Source: Octopus sinensis (lineage: Eukaryota). Taken from it: a stretch of DNA of 5,841 nucleotides. Of the stretch, positions 1-5,841 are shown piece by piece. A program made the position numbers and the translations under genes. The stretch spans positions 1-5,841 of the forward strand of contig NW_021829847.1 in the NCBI RefSeq assembly GCF_006345805.1. Reading direction: 5' to 3'. The notes under the pieces were generated by a model that was not told the origin of the DNA, searched no databases, and saw nothing but the letters and a program-made list of their open reading frames with translations. The first letter of the stretch is position 1, and each line of letters begins with the position of its first letter.

Positions 1-85
1 AGAAAAAAACAAAGTGGGTAGGGCAAAACAATGATTGAAGCACCCGACCAAAGTAATGGTTGGCATAGGTACTCCACTAAACAGT

Positions 86-173
86 TCAAGCAATCGTGGC
101 AACGCCGAACTGTTTCGGGGCGTTTTCTTCTTCTCTTTTCTTTTCAAGGCGCTCGGGCGTTTCAGCGAAATTT
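86..173 (-). CDS. Candidate 3'-terminal coding exon of an unidentified spliced gene (x-NFAETPERLEKKREEENAPKQFGVATIA-stop)
   Basis: Minus strand: pyrimidine tract 235->186 (42 of 50 nt are C/T), then ...TTCCATAG| at 175-174, then a frame open for 28 codons ending in TGA at 88-86. There are 9 CpG in these 88 nt. No homology recognised. A second frame is also open to the window edge, so frame and reality are uncertain. Confidence 0.25.
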
Positions 174-252
174 CTATGGAACTTTAGAAAACGGAATAAA
201 AACGTTGAAGATAAGGGCAAAAAGAAGGGAGCAGACCCATAGAATTGTCTAT

Positions 253-304
<52 letters not shown>

Positions 305-321
305 CAGTAGTAGTAGTAGTA
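253..321. repeat. (GTA)n trinucleotide microsatellite: 17 units, one GCA, 5 units; decays into GTT/GGT/GGTAGT repeats to ~372
   Basis: Read directly from the sequence. It produces the poly-Val stretch in the 31..513 ORF. Confidence 0.97.
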
Positions 322-448
322 GTTACTATTCCTGTTGTTGTTCTTGGTGGTGGTGGTAGTGGTAGTGGTGTGGTCATGGCCCTTTTGTTTTTGTTGCCTT
401 CGTTGCTTCAGTTTGAAACTTATTGCCTTGTTATTTTGTTAATTCTTA

Positions 449-478
449 ATTTTATTTTATTTTATTTTATTTTATTTT
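449..478. repeat. (ATTTT)6 pentanucleotide repeat
   Basis: Six exact units starting at 449, 454, 459, 464, 469 and 474. Confidence 0.95.
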
Positions 479-610
479 GTATTTTTCAGATATGCTTTCA
501 TGAGAAAACATGAGTAACGTATATTTATGATAAAGAAGCGAGACTGGTGCAGCAAGTTCGTTTGAGTTTTGTGCGTATATGTGTGTTTATATGTACATAT
601 AAATAAGTCA

Positions 611-634
611 TATATATATATATATATATATATA
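611..634. repeat. (TA)12 microsatellite abutting the 3' end of the minus-strand SINE
   Basis: Read directly from the sequence. Confidence 0.95.
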
Positions 635-923
635 TCACCGTGACCAACCAGGCTATCAGATGTTGCTAAACATCGCTGTCCACAATGCGCTTCGCATTGT
701 TTTAGCCTTCAAATGATTCCATAAGCGAGCACGCCAACAGAAGAGTGAGAGAAAGTTGTGGCGAAAGAGCACAGCAGGGATCGCCACCACCCCCTGCCGA
801 AGCCTCGTGGAGCTTTAGGTGTTTTCGCTCAATAAACACTCACAACACCCGGTCTGGGAACCGAAACTGCGATCCTACGACCTCGAGTCCGCCGTCCTAA
901 ACACTGGGCCATTGCGTCTCCAC
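635..923 (-). mobile_element. tRNA-derived SINE, apparently near full length (~289 bp), tRNA-Arg-like head; octopus-type family
   Basis: Reverse complement begins GTGGAGACGCAATGGCCCAGTGTTTAGGACGGCGGACTCGAGGTCGTAGGATCGCAGTTTCGGTTCCCAGACCGGG. It has an A-box-like TGGCCCAGTGT (911-901) and a B-box-like GTTTCGGTTCCC (867-856) at tRNA-like spacing (33 nt apart). A ~210-bp non-tRNA body follows, ending GGTCACGGTGA and then (TA)n. It is GC/CpG-rich against an AT-rich background. It matches a repeat I recall from Octopus genomes, where tRNA-derived SINEs (OK/OR1/OR2) are known; I cannot assign the exact family. Confidence 0.88.
856..911 (-). promoter_or_regulatory. Degenerate internal RNA Pol III type-2 promoter (A box 911-901, B box 867-856) of the SINE
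   Basis: TGGCCCAGTGT vs consensus TRGCNNAGTGG; GTTTCGGTTCCC vs GGTTCGANTCC. Both carry mismatches, so activity is unknown. Confidence 0.6.
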
Positions 924-1179
924 ATATATTTATATATATGTATATGTATACATACACATTATATATAAATATATATATATATATATGCACACATACATAT
1001 ATAAACATATACTTACATATATATACATGTATATATATGCATAATATATATATATATGTATGTATACATATATATGCATATATGTATGTAAGTATGTATG
1101 TATGTATGTATGTATGTATGTATGTATGTATGTATGTATGTATGTATGTATGCATGTATGTATATATATATATATATAT
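924..1179. repeat. Compound AT-rich microsatellite: degenerate TA/CA/TG, (GTAT)15 at 1092-1151, (TA)9 at 1161-1178
   Basis: Read directly from the sequence. Confidence 0.95.
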
Positions 1180-1505
1180 GCGCAGGCGTGGCTGTGAGTA
1201 AGAAGTTGCTTCCCAAACGAAGATGAGTTTCTTCTACTAAAGTTTCATACTCATCAGAGCCTTGTGAGTTGATTTGATAAATGGAAACTGAAGGAATCCC
1301 GTCATATATCCGTATATGTGTGTGTGTGTGTCTGTGTACTTGTCTCTGTTTTTTCCTCAACTCCGCTTGACAATCGGTGTTGTTTGGTGTGTTCACGTCC
1401 CCGTAGCATAGCGCTTCGGCATAAGGAAATGACGGGATAAAATACCAGGCTTTAAGGGAAAAGAAAAAGTACTATGGTTGGTACGCTCGGCTAAAACTGT
1501 TGAAA
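1180..1505 (+). mobile_element. Diverged tRNA-derived SINE of a second family, internally deleted (no B box), 3' end interrupted
   Basis: Starts GCGCAGGCGTGGCTGTGAGTAAGAAG with an A-box-like TGGCTGTGAGT (1189-1199). It has a central block GCCTTGTGAGTTGATTTGATAAATGGAAACTGAAGGAATCCCGTC and an internal (GT)n run. It continues GCTTGACAATCGGTGTTG...ACGTCCCCGTAGCATAGCGCTTCGGCA...AAATACCAGGC, which aligns by eye with the reverse complement of 4670-4790 in this window. It matches an abundant octopus SINE as I recall it. The 3' boundary is approximate. Confidence 0.82.
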
Positions 1506-1507
1506 GA

Positions 1508-2100
1508 TTAGTTTGAAAACTTCGTGCGTCGGACGACACATAAGGCTGTCAAATTACTACAGCAACGTCGCTCAGCAACCTTCCTTCTTGCATCGTTCCA
1601 TCGCAGGTTTATCATCTGAAGGTCCATGTCGAGCGTCTGATGCCAGTTCATCTTGGGATATCCCCTACGCCTGTGTAGCTAAGAGTTCCATTGAAGGATT
1701 TAGCAAGTTTCCGACATAACTTAGCCAGCTCAATTAGCGCTTGCTGTTGGTGAAGGATACTTTGCGTTGATCTGCCCTTCTTCTGACCTCATTGTTGCTG
1801 ACAATATCTTCCATTAAATGCCTAGTATTTTCAGGAGGTATCTGGTGTCAAAAACATCTAGTTTGTTGCCTTATTTGGTTTGCGGGTATCCTTGTTCACA
1901 GCCATATACAAGTGTAGAATACACGATGTTGTTGAAGAACAACATTTTCAATCTTAGAAAAAATGTGTTGCTATTGCAGATTTCACGGATGGAATGCAGA
2001 TACACCTTTCTAACTCTGCGATCAAGCTCTTTTTCTTTATCTTCCTTGCAGAAAGGCGAAGATGTCTACCACCTCTATGTCATTCTGGCCGGTGTAATCC
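1508..2100 (-). mobile_element. Decayed, 5'-truncated non-LTR retrotransposon (RTE-clade LINE): C-terminal part of the reverse transcriptase ORF
   Basis: Manual minus-strand translation across frameshifts: IEVVDIFAFL / KELDRRVRKVYLHSIREICNSNTFFLRLKMLFFNNIVYSTLVYGCEQGYPQTK*GNKLDVFDTRYLLKILGI*W / DIVSNNEVRRRADQRKVSFTNSKR*LSWLSYV / LQWNS*LHRRRGYPKMNWHQTLDMDLQMINLRWNDARRKVAERRCCSNLTALCVVRRTKFSN* (stop 1510-1508). These follow the ordered RTE motifs: IEVVxxFxYLGS, KEIxxRIGKA, TKLRLFNSxVxSxLLYGCETW, KLDxFDxRCLRRILGIxW, VSNxEVxRR, RRLxWLGHV, QWNPxGxRRRGRPKxxW, WxxAxxxAxDRxxWR. Internal stops at 1873-1871, 1816-1814, 1736-1734 and 1681-1679, and at least 3 frameshifts. The YADD catalytic and endonuclease regions are absent. 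Confidence 0.9.
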
Positions 2101-2733
2101 TTTGAGTGTGGTGTCTCTTTAAAGAGGTTTAAAAATTGAATACGCAATAAAAGGGTAAAATGATACTCAGTTTAAATGGCGTAATATACTAAGAGAATTT
2201 GTAATCGGAAAAAGATACAGTGTATTTGATGTCATTACGAAGATATGCGTTTAAAATTTTTTATTAGTGAGAGGTTTGTATTAACCAGAAGTTGCACTCT
2301 TTCTGAAACACAGACACACTTATAGCATGAAACAGAGACAACCTGCCTACATTATTTTCTTTTGGTAACGATTACCTTGGTAAAGTGTTAACATATGAAA
2401 TGCTTAAAGTACATCGATTATTTATATCAAAGAGCAAGTAACTGAATTGGAATCTAGAACCTTAGTGAACAAACTACAGGCACAACCTCACTGAATACTA
2501 GAGTATATATATGTGTGTGTGTGTATGTGTGTGTGAAAATTTGTGTACTCCTATATAAGCGTGTGAATATATGTGTAAGTTTCGTATATAAACATATGTG
2601 TGTTTGTGTGTGTATATATATATATGGAGGAGGGGAGATATGTTTGGGAAATTTTGAATTATGAAAGTATGAGCGATTTGTATATGTGATGGATAAAGAA
2701 TAAAAGTGATTGAAATAGGCAGACAAATGTAAG

Positions 2734-2738
<5 letters not shown>

Positions 2739-2764
<26 letters not shown>
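2739..2764. repeat. (AG)13 microsatellite within a purine-rich tract (~2715-2855)
   Basis: Read directly from the sequence. Confidence 0.95.
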
Positions 2765-2924
2765 GGGAAGAGAGAGAGAGGGGACAGAAATGGATAAAAG
2801 TTGAGAAAGACAATAAAACATAGACAGGAATGTGATGGAAGTGAGAAAAGAGGTAATGGAATATGACACATAAATATACACACCTATATTTCTATATCGA
2901 TGTATAAATTCATGTATGAATGTA

Positions 2925-2927
2925 CAG

Positions 2928-2958
<31 letters not shown>

Positions 2959-3153
2959 TGTGCGCGCGTTTGTGTAGGCATATTCATTTATGTGTGCGTA
3001 TGTAAGTATATATGTATGCATGTATGCAAGTATATATATATATATACATATATATACCTATATATATGTATATATATGCATATATACACATATACGTATA
3101 TATATACATCATATATTAATATTCATTTATATATGTGTATATATAAATCTATG

Positions 3154-3200
<47 letters not shown>

Positions 3201-3385
3201 ATATATATGAATGCACATGTGTCTATATATATATACACGCACATGTAAGTATATGTGATGTGCATGTCTATATAGACGAGATGATAGATGCATATGCGTA
3301 CGCGTGAGTGCAAGTGTATGTATATGTATGTGTATATTAATAAATATATATGTACATATATATATGTAAATACACACGCACGCAC

Positions 3386-3419
<34 letters not shown>

Positions 3420-3732
3420 GTATGTGTATATATATATATATATGTGCGTGTGTGTGTTTGTGTGTGTATACCATATGTACGTGTGTGTGCATGTATACGT
3501 GTTTGGATACACACACATATATATATATATATATATGTATGTGTATATATATATATATATGTGTGTGTGTGAGTTTGTGTGTGTATACCATATGTACGTG
3601 TGTGTGCATGTATACGTGTTTGGATACACACACACATATATATAAATACATATATACATGTGTATGTATGTATGTATGTATGTATGTATGTATGTATGTA
3701 TGTATGTATGTATGTATGCATGTATGTATGTA
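2925..3732. repeat. Large compound microsatellite block of mostly alternating purine/pyrimidine: (TG)11 at 2936-2957, (AT)17 at 3159-3192, (GTAT)14 at 3662-3717, plus many degenerate TA/TG/CA runs
   Basis: Read directly from the sequence. It is the source of the Y/I/V/C/M/H/T-rich ORFs in the track. Confidence 0.95.
3404..3634. repeat. 117-bp direct tandem duplication (2 copies)
   Basis: Landmarks recur at exactly +117: GTATGTG 3420/3537, CCATATGTACG 3471/3588, GGATAC 3505/3622. The only differences are C3447/T3564, T3455/A3572 and one extra CA unit at the end of copy 2. Confidence 0.93.
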
Positions 3733-3807
3733 TTATAACTGGAACGTATCAGAAAAACTGTTAAGAGAACGTATGTGTGTGTTATTTCGTGCGTGCGTTT
3801 GTGTGTG

Positions 3808-3939
3808 TCTGTGTTCTCTCTATACTCTTTCTTTCTCTGCCTGTCTGTTTATCTGTCTCACTGTCTCTCTGTCTCTCCGTCTCTCTCACTCTCCCACTCT
3901 CTCTCTCCCTCTCTCTGTCTCTCTCTCTCTCGCTCTCAC
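3808..3939. repeat. Degenerate (CT)n/(CTGT)n pyrimidine-rich low-complexity tract
   Basis: Read directly from the sequence. Confidence 0.9.
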
Positions 3940-4574
3940 TGTGTATGAGTAAATGTGTGTGAGTGTTTTGGCGTAAAAGATAAGGAGGCCACATGAGATG
4001 ACAGTATCCAACATAATCATGGAAATGAATCCTGCCAGAACGATGTATGTATGAAAAATCGGTGAAAAGTTATAATTTCTTGATAACAGATGGACTGTCC
4101 AAATGATAGGTTAGCTTGTGATGATAAGTAGGTCTGCCATATCTGAGCCAGGCAGAATTGCAATAGGAACGTGTGTCGAAGACACAACTCAGTAAGATGA
4201 GATGTAGTGAGAAAAGAAGACAGATTACTTGAGAACACGACAACCAATCGTGAACATGTCTTCCCATCCCTCCCACGCTTCATTCTCTTAAGGAAAGATA
4301 ATAGCCGTGTTCTCTGAGAATGATAAACCTGTTATGAAGCGCGGCTTGTTGTTGTATTTGAAGATACAAGATGGCAGCTAAAACGTGACTTCCTTTCACA
4401 TCCGTCTCCCACAGTCGTTCTATTTGATGTATCTACTATCAATAAGAAAAAGCGAGCATGGATGTCGTATCTCTCTCGTGTGTAATGTAATTTTGGTAAA
4501 TGAAGTTTCCTTCACTTGGTTCTTCAAAATGTTAGAAATAGCAGCCAAAATATCCGACTTCAAACTGTATAATA

Positions 4575-4795
4575 TCTTTTACTTTTGTTATATATTGGAC
4601 TGTCATCTTACTGGGGCAAGTCCTACAAGGCCTTATTCGAATAAAACGGACCAAGTGCATAGTTTTATTAGTCTGGTACTTATTTTATCGGTCTGTTTTG
4701 CCGAACTACTAAGTTATGATGACGTAAGAAAACCAATACCGGTTGTTAACTGATGGTGTCGAAACAAGCACACATACACACAAAAACACACATAT
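4575..4795 (-). mobile_element. 3' half of a SINE from the same family as 1180-1505, in opposite orientation; 5' (tRNA) half missing
   Basis: Reverse complement reads ...GTTAACAACCGGTATTGG...TTACGTCATCATAACTTAGTAGTTCGGCAAAACAGACCGATAAAATAAGTACCAGAC...TGCCCCAG...AGTCCAAT...AAAAGTAAAAGA. This aligns by eye with 1365-1452 (GCTTGACAATCGGTGTTG...TCACGTCCCCGTAGCATAGCGCTTCGGCATAAG...AAATACCAGGC). On its 5' side the element runs into CA/TA repeats at about the position of the internal (GT)n run of the other copy. Boundaries are approximate. Confidence 0.78.
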
Positions 4796-4804
4796 ATATT
4801 TATA

Positions 4805-4868
<64 letters not shown>

Positions 4869-4995
4869 TGCACACGCACTTACATATATATATATAAATA
4901 CATACTTGCATATATATATATATGTTTGTGTAACGATGTTGTATATATAAGGATATATGTGTGTATGAATATATAGTTTTGCATGTATGTATGTA

Positions 4996-5079
<84 letters not shown>
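4796..5079. repeat. Compound microsatellite: (TA)28 at 4807-4862, degenerate CA/TA/TG, (ATCT)10 at 4997-5036, (AT)~21 at 5037-5079
   Basis: Read directly from the sequence. Confidence 0.95.
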
Positions 5080-5081
<2 letters not shown>

Positions 5082-5149
5082 TTATACAACATACAATGGA
5101 ATCCAGTTTCCCCCAACAATGAAATGCATGGTATAGAATTTAATCATTA

Positions 5150-5308
<159 letters not shown>

Positions 5309-5310
5309 AT

Positions 5311-5525
5311 ATTCTTTTCTATATAGGCACAATCCGAAATTTTGGGGAAGGGGCCCATTCGATTTGATCAACTCCAGTATGCAACTGGTACTTAACTTAT
5401 CGACCCCGAGAGGATGAAAAGCAAAGTCGACCGCGGCGAAATTTGAACTCAGAACGTAAAGACAGACGAAATACCGCTAAGCATTTCACCTGGGGTGTTA
5501 ACGTATCTGCCAGCTCACCGCCTTA
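5311..5525 (-). mobile_element. tRNA-derived SINE of a third family, apparently full length (~215 bp); octopus-type
   Basis: Reverse complement: TAAGGCGGTGAGCTGGCAGATACGTTAACACCCCAGGTGAAATGCTTAGCGGTATTTCGTCTGTCTTTACGTTCTGAGTTCAAATTTCGCCGCGGTCGACTTTGCTTTTCATCCTCTCGGGGTCGATAAGTTAAGTACCAG...GTGCCTATATAGAAAAGAAT. A-box-like TGGCAGATACG (5512-5502), B-box-like GAGTTCAAATT (5450-5440). It matches a very abundant octopus repeat as I recall it. Confidence 0.88.
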
Positions 5526-5841
5526 TAATACCTATATATAATACATACGTAATAGATATAGAGTTATTTGGTGGAAGCAGGCTCAGTATAAATAAACACA
5601 GAGTAAAACTTAGATGGATGGGAACTTAAACTCCAACTTCATTCAGAGTCATCACGTCGATACCGAAATTTAGCAGATGCCACGCTATTCTTAATATGAG
5701 ATACTTGAATTACTTTATCAATTTCATCTGGACTTGCCGCAGGTCACACACCTATCATATCATGCTCATATTCCTTATGATTATGGTTATTACGTATGTT
5801 AAGGCATTCGTGAAACAGCTGTCGTGATAGTTTACATAATT

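Noticed and set aside
79-115. 9-bp inverted repeat AAACAGTTC / GAACTGTTT whose stem includes the candidate UGA stop (idea: editing-driven readthrough)
   Set aside because: A 9-bp stem with a loop this size is about chance expectation in 5.8 kb. The A of UGA has a 5' G, which ADAR disfavours, and the exon itself is unproven.
31-513. 160-aa plus-strand ORF with poly-Val and a hydrophobic C-terminus
   Set aside because: Its length comes from stop-free (GTA)n, (GGT)n and (ATTTT)n repeats, and no domain is recognisable.
845-923. Possible tRNA-Arg gene on the minus strand
   Set aside because: A and B boxes are degenerate, the acceptor and anticodon stems are poor, and the sequence continues into a SINE body. 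It is a tRNA-derived SINE head, not a tRNA gene.
1513-2105. Plus-strand ORFs 1513..1719 and 1818..2105
   Set aside because: They are antisense readings of the minus-strand RTE LINE remnant; 1513..1719 also lacks an ATG start.
2115-2126. 12-bp perfect palindrome CTCTTTAAAGAG
   Set aside because: Short, AT-rich and isolated, so expected by chance.
3404-3634. Repeat that might suggest a CRISPR-like array
   Set aside because: Only two directly abutting 117-bp copies with no unique spacers, in eukaryotic microsatellite context with no cas genes.
4385-4753. 122-aa plus-strand ORF
   Set aside because: GTG start, no recognisable domain, and its 3' half is the antisense of a SINE fragment.
5639-5743. 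Protein-like 34-codon open frame on the minus strand (PAASPDEIDKVIQVSHIKNSVASAKFRYRRDDSE*)
   Set aside because: It is bounded by an upstream in-frame TGA, has no pyrimidine tract or convincing acceptor, and shows no recognisable homology. The length is within chance.

Overview
AT-rich, repeat-dense, non-coding eukaryotic DNA (intron or intergenic), not prokaryotic. The repeat families look like those I recall from octopus (coleoid cephalopod) genomes; this is recall, not a database result. Supported content: four tRNA-derived SINE copies or fragments from three apparent families (635-923 minus, 1180-~1505 plus, ~4575-4795 minus, 5311-5525 minus); a decayed 3' fragment of an RTE-clade LINE reverse transcriptase ORF on the minus strand (1508-~2100), which the ORF track misses because of stops and frameshifts; many simple repeats; and a near-perfect 117-bp tandem duplication inside a microsatellite block. 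Most ORFs in the supplied track are microsatellite artefacts, and the rest are antisense readings of the LINE or have no recognisable product. No complete gene, CRISPR array or RNA gene is supported. There are a few low-confidence candidate spliced exons, the best being a possible terminal exon on the minus strand at 86-173. I found no convincing evidence of a new biological system. The best leads concern retroposon architecture (possible nesting, a module shared between SINE families, an inverted SINE pair) and the candidate exons.
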